Assembly (NCBI GenBank): GCA_038231155.1
Contig: JBBRLY010000012.1
Location: 192,645 to 256,644, forward strand
Direction: 5' to 3'
DNA: 64,000 nucleotides
DNA from: Candidatus Saccharimonadales bacterium
GTDB lineage: Bacteria > Patescibacteriota > Saccharimonadia > Saccharimonadales > JANWIN01
This document shows, in pieces, positions 36,600 to 46,673 of this stretch. How positions within the stretch are numbered: position 1 is the stretch's first letter; the number at the start of each line of letters is the position of its first letter. The notes beneath the pieces are model-generated. The model saw only the letters and a program-made list of their open reading frames with translations. It was not told the origin of the DNA and made no database searches. The translations under genes and the position numbers were made by a program.

Positions 36600-36855
36600 A
36601 GGTTTTGCGATGTGTTACAGAGGGTACCTCTTGAAAGTAAACTTTCAATGGGGTAAAGTAATCACCGAGCGGTGAAGCGGATTAACCACCCGCAGAGCTT
36701 CGCGGGCAAGTTGGAGCGTGCGTAACGCGCCACAACAAGTGCCTTCCTTGGTCCCTACACTAAGGAAGGAAGTCCGGTGGAACCTCCGTCTGATGGCGGA
36801 CCGAGACGCTTAGTTTAAATACCTTGCGAGAGTATTTAATCGAGGCGTCTTTTTA
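36600..36855 (+). promoter_or_regulatory. T-box-like riboswitch leader of thrS
   Basis: Starts TTGCGATG...AGAGGG (Stem I/K-turn-like). T-box-like GGTGGAACC, whose UGGA would pair with the UCCA end of tRNA-Thr (discriminator U, as in the tRNA at 33346). Long terminator hairpin AGACGC...GCGTCT plus TTTT at 36803-36855. Confidence 0.6.
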
Positions 36856-36900
36856 AATGTAATTCAGTCATTAGCAAGTCAAGCGTACTAGGGAGCTTTT

Positions 36901-38745
36901 ATGGCAAAAGACGATCAGAACTTAAATGCCATGCGTCATTCTATGGCTCATATAATGGCCTCGGCAATCAGGCGGCTTTGGCCTGAGGCGAAATTTGGCG
37001 TTGGTCCAGTTGTCGAAAATGGCTTTTATTACGACATAGACCTCAGTAAAATTAAATTATCAGAGGAAGATTTTGGGCGCATAGAAACCGAAATGCATAA
37101 AATTATCGCCGAGGATCAGCCGTTTAAGTTAATTAGAATGTCCATAGCTGACTCTTTAAAATGGGCTAAAGATACAATTCAACCCTATAAAGCCGAACTG
37201 TTAAATGATCTTAAAAGAGCAGGTACGACCTTTGCTAAAGATTTAGACGCAGCTGAGATAGGTCTGAAGACCACTGGTGATAGTAAAGTCAAAACAGTCT
37301 CATTTTATAAAAACGGAGATTTTACCGATCTTTGCCGCGGACCGCACGTAGACAGCACCGGAAAAGTCGGGGCTTTTAAGCTGTTAAGGATATCTGGAGC
37401 TTATTGGCGAGGTAAAGAGACTAATCCGCAGATGCAGCGCATCTACGGTGCAGCCTTTAATACCAAAGAAGAACTCCAAAAGCATTTGGCAATGCTCGAA
37501 GAAGCTAAAAAGCGTGATCATCGTAAACTAGGGCAGGAACTGGACTTATTTGTTTTTTCAGACATGGTAGGCTCAGGTCTGCCAATGTTTACAACTAGAG
37601 GCACAGTCTTAAGAGAACAGCTGGCAGAGTTCTCCAATAACTTAAGACAAAAGTACGGTTTTGAAAAAGTCTGGACCCCTCATATTGCAAAAAAGGATCT
37701 CTACAAAACATCCGGTCACTGGGCAAAGTTTGGTGATGAGATGTTATTAGTTAAAAGCCAAGAGACTAGTGACGAGCTAGTCATGAAACCAATGAGTTGT
37801 CCTCACCACACTAGAATTTACGTCAATCAGGCTAGAAGCTACCGTGAATTACCTATCCGATACCTTGAAACTGCCACAGTTTACCGTGATGAAAAAACCG
37901 GCGAAATGTCTGGGCTAAGTCGGGTTAGGTCCATCACTCAAGATGACAGCCATGTTTTTTGTCGCCCAGATCAAATCGAACCCGAAATTCATAATATGTT
38001 ACTTGCTGCTAATGATTTATATAAAACCATTGGTATGGATCTAAGGGTAAGATTATCTTATAGGGACGAAAGTGACGCTTATTTAGGAGATAAAAGCCTT
38101 TGGGACAAAGCTCAAAAACAATTAAAAAACGCTGTAATGGCCAATAAACTTAAATATATTGAAGAAATTGGCGAAGCAGCCTTTTATGGTCCTAAAATTG
38201 ATTTTATGGCAACTGATGCCATCGGTCGTGAACACCAAGTAGCTACCGTTCAGCTTGATTTCATACAGCCAGAACGATTTGATTTAAGTTATGTAGCTGA
38301 GGATGGCTCTAAAAAACGCCCAGTAATGATTCATTGTGCGTTACTCGGCTCGATTGAAAGATTCCTAGCAGTCTATATTGAGCACACTGCCGGTCGATTT
38401 CCATTATGGCTAGCACCAGAACAGCTTCGTATCGCCACAATCAATCAAGAAAAACCAACAATTAAGTTTGCGGCTGAACTAGCACAGCAAGCCAATCAAC
38501 TTGGAATAAGAACTTCAATTGATGATTCCAACGAATCTGTTGGCAAGAAAATTCGACAGTCGGAGCTTATGAAAATACCTTATACTATTGTGATTGGTGA
38601 TAAAGAGATTAAGGACAAAAAACTTTTGCCGCGCATCCGTCAAGACCTGATAGTTCAAGAGAACAAGCTGCCAATAAGTATTGAACAGTTTCTAAAGTCT
38701 GTCGCTAATGAAGCTAAAAGTCGCACCTCCAAAAGTTCATTATAA
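36901..38745 (+). CDS. thrS: threonyl-tRNA synthetase (lacks the N-terminal TGS domain)
   Basis: Second-additional-domain HxxxH-like MRHSMAHIMA, class II core, C-terminal anticodon-binding domain; 614 aa. Confidence 0.95.
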   Translation: MAKDDQNLNAMRHSMAHIMASAIRRLWPEAKFGVGPVVENGFYYDIDLSKIKLSEEDFGRIETEMHKIIAEDQPFKLIRMSIADSLKWAKDTIQPYKAELLNDLKRAGTTFAKDLDAAEIGLKTTGDSKVKTVSFYKNGDFTDLCRGPHVDSTGKVGAFKLLRISGAYWRGKETNPQMQRIYGAAFNTKEELQKHLAMLEEAKKRDHRKLGQELDLFVFSDMVGSGLPMFTTRGTVLREQLAEFSNNLRQKYGFEKVWTPHIAKKDLYKTSGHWAKFGDEMLLVKSQETSDELVMKPMSCPHHTRIYVNQARSYRELPIRYLETATVYRDEKTGEMSGLSRVRSITQDDSHVFCRPDQIEPEIHNMLLAANDLYKTIGMDLRVRLSYRDESDAYLGDKSLWDKAQKQLKNAVMANKLKYIEEIGEAAFYGPKIDFMATDAIGREHQVATVQLDFIQPERFDLSYVAEDGSKKRPVMIHCALLGSIERFLAVYIEHTAGRFPLWLAPEQLRIATINQEKPTIKFAAELAQQANQLGIRTSIDDSNESVGKKIRQSELMKIPYTIVIGDKEIKDKKLLPRIRQDLIVQENKLPISIEQFLKSVANEAKSRTSKSSL

Positions 38746-38762
38746 GGTGTTAAACTGGTCAC

Positions 38763-39377
38763 ATGTCGAAACCAACTATTGCCTTTGATATTGATGATGT
38801 ACTAGCAGCTAACGCTGAAGGTTTTACTGAGTTTAGTAACAATCGGTGGGGCACTCATCTTAAACCTGACGACTACACGGAGCACTGGTCTGAAATGTGG
38901 GGTATAGATCATACCGAAACTGTAAAAAGACGAAACCTAATACTCAGCGAAAAATTATTTACCAGCTATCGTTTTTTTAATGAAGCCAAAGCAGTTTTAA
39001 ATAAGCTTAGCCAGAGCTATAAACTGGTGGTGGTAAGTTCGCGGTCTAATGAGATTCACAAGGAGACATTAGAATGGCTAAATTCTGAATTTAAAGCTAT
39101 TTTTTCAGAAATACACTTTGCTCAAATCTGGGACGATCCAAATCTCCATGTACTTAAAAAACTTAAAATGACCAAAACAGATGTATGCCAACAAATCGGT
39201 GCAGACTACTTAGTAGATGATCAACCTAAACACTGTATAGCAGCCGCAAAAGCAGGTATAACTGCAGTATTATTTGGAGAATATGGTTGGAATCGAAATG
39301 TTAAGTTAATAAAGAATTTGATTCGTGCATTGAATTGGGAAGAGGTCCAAAAATACTTTGATGAACAAGCTAGATAA
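38763..39377 (+). CDS. HAD-superfamily 5'(3')-nucleotidase-like protein
   Basis: AFDIDDVLA (DxDxV motif I) and VDDQP late motif. Confidence 0.6.
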   Translation: MSKPTIAFDIDDVLAANAEGFTEFSNNRWGTHLKPDDYTEHWSEMWGIDHTETVKRRNLILSEKLFTSYRFFNEAKAVLNKLSQSYKLVVVSSRSNEIHKETLEWLNSEFKAIFSEIHFAQIWDDPNLHVLKKLKMTKTDVCQQIGADYLVDDQPKHCIAAAKAGITAVLFGEYGWNRNVKLIKNLIRALNWEEVQKYFDEQAR

Positions 39378-39687
39378 ACAGTTTCACAACAGAGTTTATG
39401 CTTTGGTCAGTCAGATTCCTAGGGCTAGATTTATGACCTACGGACAAATTGCAGCATTATGTGGAAATCCGCGTTCAGCACGGATTGTGGGAGGAGTTGC
39501 TCATTTTGGTGATCCCGATTTACCCTGGCAACGAGTTGTCCATAAAGACGGTAGTTTAGCTGTAGGATTTCCAGGTGGCGTCGAAGGTCATAAGCAGATT
39601 TTAGAAACTGAAGGTGTTAAAATCTCAAAAGATTTTAAAGTCAATATTGATAAACTGTTATGGCATCCCGATCTACCCGAACAATAA
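39358..39687 (+). CDS. alkyltransferase-like (ATL) protein, MGMT DNA-binding domain without the catalytic Cys
   Basis: MTYGQIAALCGNPRSARIVGGV helix-turn-helix and LPWQRVV in place of the PCHRVV active site. Confidence 0.75.
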   Translation: MMNKLDKQFHNRVYALVSQIPRARFMTYGQIAALCGNPRSARIVGGVAHFGDPDLPWQRVVHKDGSLAVGFPGGVEGHKQILETEGVKISKDFKVNIDKLLWHPDLPEQ

Positions 39688-39742
39688 AATACTAGCATAA
39701 GAAAAACGTATTATAATACTAGTTACTATTCCGGTTATATTT

Positions 39743-40465
39743 ATGAATTTAAAAACCAAAACTCTAATTAAAAACTTAAGCCTGGTCTTTGCTGTGATAG
39801 GCTTACTTTTCACTGGACAGGTAGCTTTGGCCGCCAGTTCTACTAATTATCAAATCCAAGAAGACTTTGTGGGTGGAGGTGGTCTAATCCAAAGTAACTC
39901 AAATAATTATAAGAGTAATGAATCAATCGGTGATGTTGGGGTAGGCAACTCCTCTTCAAGCAGCTACCAAACTAACTCTGGTTATACTACTACTTCTGAC
40001 CCGGCGCTTACCTTTTTAGTTAATACTAGTTCCATTAACTTTGGTACGCTTTCCACTTCGGCAGCTACAACGGCCACATCAACTTTTAGCGTAATTGACT
40101 ACACTAGTTATGGTTACGTAGTGCAAATATATGGCAACCCCCCCTCTAACGGAAGTTATACGCTAGCAAATATGTCGAGTGCTACAACGTCATCGACGGG
40201 CACAGAACAATTTGGTATAAACTTAAAATCTAATTCTTCTCCGAGTAGTTTTGGAGCAGACCCAAGTGGCGGTCTAGGAATAGCATCGAGTGGTTACGAT
40301 GCGGCTAATAATTTTAAATATAATTCTGGTGACACCATTGCTTCGGCACCCAAAAGCTCGGCTCAAACAAACTTTACTATCTCATACCTAGTCAATGCCA
40401 GTATTGTCACTCGTGCTGGATCATATTCTGGTACCCAAACAATAATTTGTACCGGTACATATTAA
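39743..40465 (+). CDS. secreted S/T-rich protein with WxL-like C-terminal domain (small paralog)
   Basis: Signal peptide ...GQVALA. Its C-terminal domain is shared with the next gene (LTF, GY.V.I.G, QFGINLK.N, F.Y.SGDTIAS, GSY..T.TIICTGTY). Confidence 0.55.
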   Translation: MNLKTKTLIKNLSLVFAVIGLLFTGQVALAASSTNYQIQEDFVGGGGLIQSNSNNYKSNESIGDVGVGNSSSSSYQTNSGYTTTSDPALTFLVNTSSINFGTLSTSAATTATSTFSVIDYTSYGYVVQIYGNPPSNGSYTLANMSSATTSSTGTEQFGINLKSNSSPSSFGADPSGGLGIASSGYDAANNFKYNSGDTIASAPKSSAQTNFTISYLVNASIVTRAGSYSGTQTIICTGTY

Positions 40466-40513
40466 GCTTATTGATTGACCATCTGTTACTACTTATGCTA
40501 GCATCAGTGTAAG

Positions 40514-41590
40514 TTGACAATGAGGGCAAACTTTTATTTTAAAGTCATGAAATATATAAAAAATCTTTCAATAATTCTGATTGTATTACTACTGGCTGTA
40601 GTTTGGCTTTCACCCATTAAAGCGTTAGCCGCTCAACTAACAAGTCGTAGTGTTACCTTAAGTAGCAGCAGTGCCGCAGGTTCAAACGCTACCACAACTT
40701 ATACACTAGGCTTTACTACTGCCACCACAAATACATTTCAGTCATTCGAGGCAAAAGCTTGTACTGCTGCATCAGGTACCTGTACCACGCCTACCGGGTT
40801 TTCTATCTCTTCTTCGACATTCACGTCCTCAACTTTATCTGGTTCCTGGACGGTAAGTACTGGTACTGCAGGAAGTTTAAGAGCCTCAGCTTCGAGCGCT
40901 AGCAGCACCACAAGCGGCACTGCTAAAAACATAGTTTTTGGAAATGTCCAAAATCCAACTACCACAAATCAGACCTTTTTCCTGCGGATAACCTTGTTTT
41001 CAGACAACGCTTATACTACTTCAGTTGATACCGGAACAGTGGCTGCAAGCACAGCAAATCAAATAACAGTGACAGCTAGTGTTGACGAAACTTTGACATT
41101 TTGCACGGGAACATCTGGCATAACTAGTAACAGTTGTGGCGGAGCTACTGGTAGCTCGGTAGCTCTTGGTACTCAAAGTACCAGTACTACCGGCAGCGGA
41201 ACATCGCAAATAGGTGTTACGACAAACGCTGGTAGTGGTTATTCAATTACCATTAACGGGAACACACTTACAAGTGGTTCAAAAACAATTACCGCCCTAT
41301 CTTCCCAAACGGCCTCAACCCAAGGAAGTAGTCAATTCGGTGTTAATTTAAAAGCCAATGCAACTCCTTCTGTCGGATCAAACGTATCTGGAGCTGGAAC
41401 TGCCAATCCTACAGCTAACTATAATACTGCCGACCAATTTCGATTTGTGAGCGGGGATTCTATTGCCAGTGCCGGTACTCAAGACGATTTTCGGCTATTC
41501 ACAGTGTCATACATTTCCAACATTTCAAATGCTACACCTCCAGGTTCTTACACAACCACCTTGACCTATATTTGCACCGCTACGTTTTGA
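40514..41590 (+). CDS. secreted S/T-rich protein with WxL-like C-terminal domain (large paralog)
   Basis: Signal peptide ...PIKALA (likely real start ATG 40547); C-terminal domain paralogous to 39743..40465, ending GSYTTTLTYICTATF. Confidence 0.55.
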   Translation: MTMRANFYFKVMKYIKNLSIILIVLLLAVVWLSPIKALAAQLTSRSVTLSSSSAAGSNATTTYTLGFTTATTNTFQSFEAKACTAASGTCTTPTGFSISSSTFTSSTLSGSWTVSTGTAGSLRASASSASSTTSGTAKNIVFGNVQNPTTTNQTFFLRITLFSDNAYTTSVDTGTVAASTANQITVTASVDETLTFCTGTSGITSNSCGGATGSSVALGTQSTSTTGSGTSQIGVTTNAGSGYSITINGNTLTSGSKTITALSSQTASTQGSSQFGVNLKANATPSVGSNVSGAGTANPTANYNTADQFRFVSGDSIASAGTQDDFRLFTVSYISNISNATPPGSYTTTLTYICTATF

Positions 41591-41608
41591 TATGCTACTC
41601 TAACCTCA

Positions 41609-42601
41609 ATGTTCAAGTCTTTGTTTCATAGTAGGGTCATTGGGCTTGGGTTTATATGTCTTATAGTTGTACTAATTCTAGGGATGACTTCGACTTTTGC
41701 GGCCACCGCTAAAACGCCAGCGGTATTTGGCCAAGGGTTGGAGATATCACCACCGCTTATAGAATTAAATGCCGATCCCAGCCAAACTGTCAACACTCAA
41801 ATCAAGCTTAGAAACGTCACTAAAGTTAGCATTATAGCAACGACAAACATTGATGATTTTGTATCTCAAGGTGAAGAGGGTCAGCCGAAACTGCTATTAG
41901 ACCAAAATGAAATTAGTCCTTATTCATTAAAAAATTGGATTCAACCAATTGCAAACACATCAATTGGGCCACAACAACAAAAGACCATTCCAATAAAACT
42001 TAGCTTACCCAAAGACGCTTCACCCGGTGGTCATTATGGAGTGGTTCGTTTTACAGCTAAAGCAGCTGATCAAAACAATCCAGGAGTCAGTCTTACAGCC
42101 AGTTTAGGAAGCTTAATTTTAGTCAGGGTCAGCGGTAACATCAGCGAACAAGCATCTGTGGCTAGCTTCTTCACGAGTCATCCTGGCGGTAAACAATCCA
42201 AATTATTTGAATACGGTCCAGTCGGATTTACGGAACGAATTCAAAATTTCGGCAATGTCCATATCAAACCCATTGGTAGCTTGATAATCAAAAATATGTT
42301 TGGTGGAAAAGTAGCCGATTTACCGGTTAACGATCCTGCTCACAACGTTTTTCCCAAAAGTATTCGAAGATTTGATCAAACATTAAATAAAAAGCATTTA
42401 TTTGGGCATTATTCAGCGAATCTTGTACTTAGTTATGGAACTAATAAAAAAATAAGCGCCAAAATAGCCTTTTGGGTCATTCCTTATAAATTAATCGCTG
42501 TTATTCTGATCATTATTATACTGATTGTTTTCTTCGGGCGAATGCTCATGAAACGATACAAGAAGCGTATTTTAGCCCAAAGTCGTCGTAACTCCGATTA
42601 G
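41609..42601 (+). CDS. DUF916/DUF3324-like cell-surface protein with C-terminal TM anchor
   Basis: Signal peptide, Ig-like N-domain (LEISPPLIELNADPSQTVNTQIKLRNV), GHYGVVRF segment, C-terminal TM plus basic tail. This is the architecture of CscA-type partners of WxL proteins. Confidence 0.55.
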   Translation: MFKSLFHSRVIGLGFICLIVVLILGMTSTFAATAKTPAVFGQGLEISPPLIELNADPSQTVNTQIKLRNVTKVSIIATTNIDDFVSQGEEGQPKLLLDQNEISPYSLKNWIQPIANTSIGPQQQKTIPIKLSLPKDASPGGHYGVVRFTAKAADQNNPGVSLTASLGSLILVRVSGNISEQASVASFFTSHPGGKQSKLFEYGPVGFTERIQNFGNVHIKPIGSLIIKNMFGGKVADLPVNDPAHNVFPKSIRRFDQTLNKKHLFGHYSANLVLSYGTNKKISAKIAFWVIPYKLIAVILIIIILIVFFGRMLMKRYKKRILAQSRRNSD

Positions 42602-42618
42602 CATAAAAAAACTATCAG

Positions 42619-43614
42619 ATGAACGTTATTAACATATCTCGGTTAAGTCAAAAAAGTTGGCTAACCAAACTATATTACTTATGGTTTTTTCTTTTGGCTG
42701 TTTCAGTTTTTTTGATTATAAAGCCAACTATTGTAATGGCAGATACACTAACTGGTTCTGGGAATGTAACTGTATCAGGAAAAGTTCCCGGACCGCCGCC
42801 TACCCAAGCAGCTGTTATTCAAAACCCAGTTAATACTCAACATTTCACTTCAGCTAGTATTACGGTTAGTGGTACTTGTCCAACTACTAATCCTATAACC
42901 GTTGAAATTTATAAAAATAGTATTTTTGCTGGTTCAACTGATTGTCAATTAGATGGTAAATTTTCGTTACAAATTAGCCTATCTTCAGGCCAAAACGATT
43001 TAATTGCTAAAGTTCGGGATAGTTTAGATCAATACGGACCTGACTCACAAATGGTAAGAGTTTTTTTGGGTATCATTAAATCTACATCTCTAAGCTCAAA
43101 TAATCCAAGTTCAACTTCAAATACTGTAATTTACCAAACAGGCGGTAGCGGGAATAATCTTCAAATCATTGTTGATTCCGTTTTTAGAGGCACTTTTGCA
43201 GGTGATCCACTCACCTTAAATTTTGGTATCAAGGGTGGGGTACAACCTTTTGCAGTCAGTTTAAACTGGGGTGATGGTAGCAACCAAGATTTACTGGCCT
43301 TACCCGCTAGTGGGTTCAAAAAAGTAGCACATTTATATAAAAATGCTGGGATATATATGATCGTAATCACAGCCGTAGATAGCCAGGACAACAGTAACTT
43401 TATTCAAACTCTAACTATTATTAACCCAAAAGCACCAGTTACTGCAACTTCAACTAACCAGCCAAGAGTAGGACAGAGTGGGCTAGACCAAGCTTGGAGA
43501 TATCTCTTAATTGGCCTGACTATATTACTTTTGATAGTTAGCTTTTGGTTAGGCGAGAAGTATGAGCATCATGAACTAAAAACACACAATGAACTTAAAC
43601 CACCAGTTGAGTAG
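42619..43614 (+). CDS. membrane-anchored protein with Ig-like and PKD-like domains
   Basis: N-terminal TM/signal, PKD-like WGDGSNQD...HLYKNAGIYMIVITAVDSQDN, C-terminal TM. Confidence 0.55.
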   Translation: MNVINISRLSQKSWLTKLYYLWFFLLAVSVFLIIKPTIVMADTLTGSGNVTVSGKVPGPPPTQAAVIQNPVNTQHFTSASITVSGTCPTTNPITVEIYKNSIFAGSTDCQLDGKFSLQISLSSGQNDLIAKVRDSLDQYGPDSQMVRVFLGIIKSTSLSSNNPSSTSNTVIYQTGGSGNNLQIIVDSVFRGTFAGDPLTLNFGIKGGVQPFAVSLNWGDGSNQDLLALPASGFKKVAHLYKNAGIYMIVITAVDSQDNSNFIQTLTIINPKAPVTATSTNQPRVGQSGLDQAWRYLLIGLTILLLIVSFWLGEKYEHHELKTHNELKPPVE

Positions 43615-43784
43615 TAAGCAGTCTATCTAGTTGTATAAATATCTACAGATTTATCCATCCAAAAGATATAAAACAGAGGAGAAAATTTATTAATTTATTC
43701 AAATTTAATTAACAGGGGTAAATCGCTTGTGTTTTTAGCGTAAGAATGATAAGGTATGGCTGTAGGTAAACAAAAACAAAAACA

Positions 43785-46039
43785 GTGAATAAAAATAAGA
43801 ACCTACTAAGATTGCTTCTTAAAGGCCGCAAGTTATTTGCGGTATTGCTAGTTATTAGCTTTGTCTTTGTGATGTTTGGATTTGTGCGGCAATCGCCAAG
43901 AGTTCAAGCTGCGGCTGGCATCAACCAGCAAATTAATTATCAAGCTCGGCTGCTGAACAGCCAAGGTGCCACAGTGCCGGATGGCACTTACAATATGGAA
44001 TTTAAGATCTACCAAGATGGGAATGGTTGTGTTTCTGGTGGCTCTTCGCCATGTAGCGGTACACTCAAATGGACTGAAACCAGGCAAAATATTAGTAGCC
44101 AAGGTGTAACTGTTACCAATGGTTACTTTTCTGTGAACCTTGGTTCGGTTACCGCTTTTGCTGGCAACGTAGATTGGAATCAAGATACTTTATGGCTTTC
44201 AATAAATATTGGCGGTACGTCAGGTGGTGCCAGTCCGACTTATGATGGTGAAATGCTACCATTTAAACGTCTAGCTTCAACCCCATATGCACTTAACAGT
44301 AAATATTTAGGTGGATTAGCCTCTACCAGTTTTATACAGTTGGCTCAGGGCGTCCAGACTGATTCATCAACTACTAACCCCTCGATATTTATCAATAAAA
44401 CCGGATCTACAGCAGCCATTTTAGAACTGCAAAAGGCTGGCAGTGATGTACTTCTTGTAGATAATACTGGCTTGTTAACTTTATCGGGAAATCAGATCTT
44501 TACAACTGGTTCGGATCATACCATTAGCGTGACCACTGCAGCCAGTAATACAAACGGAAATGCTTTAACTGTGGCTGCCGCGGCTGGTAACGGCAGCGGC
44601 AATGGCGGACTTTTGACGCTTAGTGGTGGAGCAGCCGGTTCTACCGGAAATGGTGAAGGAGTTTCAATTCTGGGTACTACTAGTAGTTCAGCCAACGGAG
44701 CTAATGGAGGCAATATAAGCATCACAGCCGGCGACGGTACATTATTTGGTGGTGCTTCTTCTCATGCTGGCAATGTGACTATAACTAGCGGTGGGACTGT
44801 TTCTACAGCTGCTACCGGTAGCTCATTAACTCTGGCAGGGTCTGTCAGCGGTTTTGGCGTTTCATTTGGTGGACTTGCTACTTTACAAGGCGGTACAGGC
44901 GATAACCTCGGCCCTGGAGGCGCTGTCGCCGTCAAGGGAGGTACTGCCGTTCTACCGGTAGTGGCGGGGCGCTAACGCTTCAGGGAGGTACTGGTGGCTC
45001 AACTTCTGGAAATGCTGGTAGCGTGACTGTTCAAGGCGGTACCACTGCCGGAAGCGGAACAGCTGGTAGTATTAATCTAAAAGTTGCTGCCGGTGCCTCT
45101 ATTACGGTAGGTGACACGGCCTTATCATCAGGTACAGTTACAGTAAACGTTGGTTCCAACAATACTTCTGGTAGCACTACCAACGTAACTGTTGGCTCCG
45201 GATCAGCGGCTACAGCCGGGGACACAACCCTTCAGGCAAAAGGAGCAGTATCAATTACCTCAGGCACGGCCTCAACTTATCAGACTACTACTGGCAATAT
45301 TATTTTACAGGCGGCAGGTTCTAGTACTACAGCCAATGTCCAGATTGGCGCTGGTAATGGTGGATCTGGTACTAGTACACCTGACCTATTAGTGGTTGAT
45401 GATTCCAGTTCGTCAACTGACCCAACTGAAGTTGATGGAGCAATCTACTATAATGCCAGCACAAAAAACTTCCGCTGCGGTGAATCTGGTGCATGGGTTA
45501 ACTGTATAGGTGGATTAATTGATTCAAACACCGCTGCTTCAACTGCTGTTAATAGCTGCTCATCAGCTTGCGCCTCTTTTGATAATGCCCGTTCCTCAAT
45601 TCCAGCCAACTACTGTCAAGCTGGACGGGTTATCAGCCTTTGGGGAGTAGGACACTTTAGTGTTAATTCGGGTACGACGCAAACTTTAACAATGGGTGTA
45701 TATTATGGCACTAACACTACAACTAGAGGATCTGACGTATTAATTGGAGTGGTATCACCAGCGCCAGCGTCCGCCACCAGTGCTTCTAATAACTTTTTCA
45801 GGATTGAATTTAAAATTACCTGCTTTGATAGTACTCATATGTTGGGCGAAGGAGTCTATACTTTCCAAAACAATGCCACCACTACTACTTCAATGTTGAC
45901 GCTCAATATGCTGGCTACAGCCAGTACCTCCGTAACTACCACCAGCACCAAGAGTCTTTATCTATTCCCAACATGGCAAAATAACAACGCTAACAATACC
46001 GTTACACTTGACCAGTGGGTCGTATCAGCCGGCAACTAA
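43785..46039 (+). pseudogene. Gly/Thr/Ser-rich beta-helix-like surface fibre protein, split by a 1-nt frameshift near 44949
   Basis: ORFs 43785..44975 and 45023..46039 carry the same GG.LTL.GG/GS.G repeat. The frame of the second ORF is open from 44906, and reading ...GGTA|G|STGSGGALTLQGGTGGSTSGNAGSVTVQGG restores the repeat. Confidence 0.6.
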
Positions 46040-46605
46040 TTTTTTTTAAAACTTTGTAAAACGTTTTTAAGTTGATCTTGATTAGTATCTGCCGGAACAG
46101 AGATTATAAGCCAGGAGTTGGTTTTGGTAGGCAGACTAACAACGTTCTTTAAGTTTATGGCGCCAATCGTTGCCTTACCAATAGGAGTATTCACATCTAT
46201 ATGAAGCGGCATCGTGTGAGCATAAAAATCGCTTATATCTTTGTCTGAAGACTTTGCTTGTACAGTTACAACAAGTTTTTTATTACTCTCAAATTTAATA
46301 GTGTAGACAACTGCGTGTTTAGATGTGCTTAATGAATTCTTATCTAATACATAACCTTTCGGTAGTTTATTTTGGTCTGGATAGTAAATATCAAAGGGCA
46401 CAGATTGTTTTAATGATTGTGATATTTCGGGAACAGAAGATATCGTGACTTTAGGTCGAACTTTAATTTTACGGTATCCATAAATGTTTAGGCTAATTAT
46501 TATTATCAAACTTGCAATGAATATAAAAAACCATTTATTTTTAGAACTACGCCGAATTTTCCTCGGCGATCGATCTCTTATAGAATATGATATTTGTCTT
46601 ATCAC
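46036..46605 (-). CDS. hypothetical membrane-anchored protein
   Basis: 189 aa, basic N-terminus, one TM helix, extracytoplasmic domain. Confidence 0.45.
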   Translation of the reverse strand: MIRQISYSIRDRSPRKIRRSSKNKWFFIFIASLIIIISLNIYGYRKIKVRPKVTISSVPEISQSLKQSVPFDIYYPDQNKLPKGYVLDKNSLSTSKHAVVYTIKFESNKKLVVTVQAKSSDKDISDFYAHTMPLHIDVNTPIGKATIGAINLKNVVSLPTKTNSWLIISVPADTNQDQLKNVLQSFKKN

Positions 46606-46673
46606 TTATAATAGTCTAGTGAATTTTTAACTGCTTTGGCAAATAACATTTAACAAGAGTATATAGTAATGAT

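Noticed and set aside
44906-44975. Programmed ribosomal frameshift in the fibre gene
   Set aside because: There is no slippery heptamer, homopolymer run or obvious downstream stimulatory structure at the junction. A mutation or a consensus error is more parsimonious.
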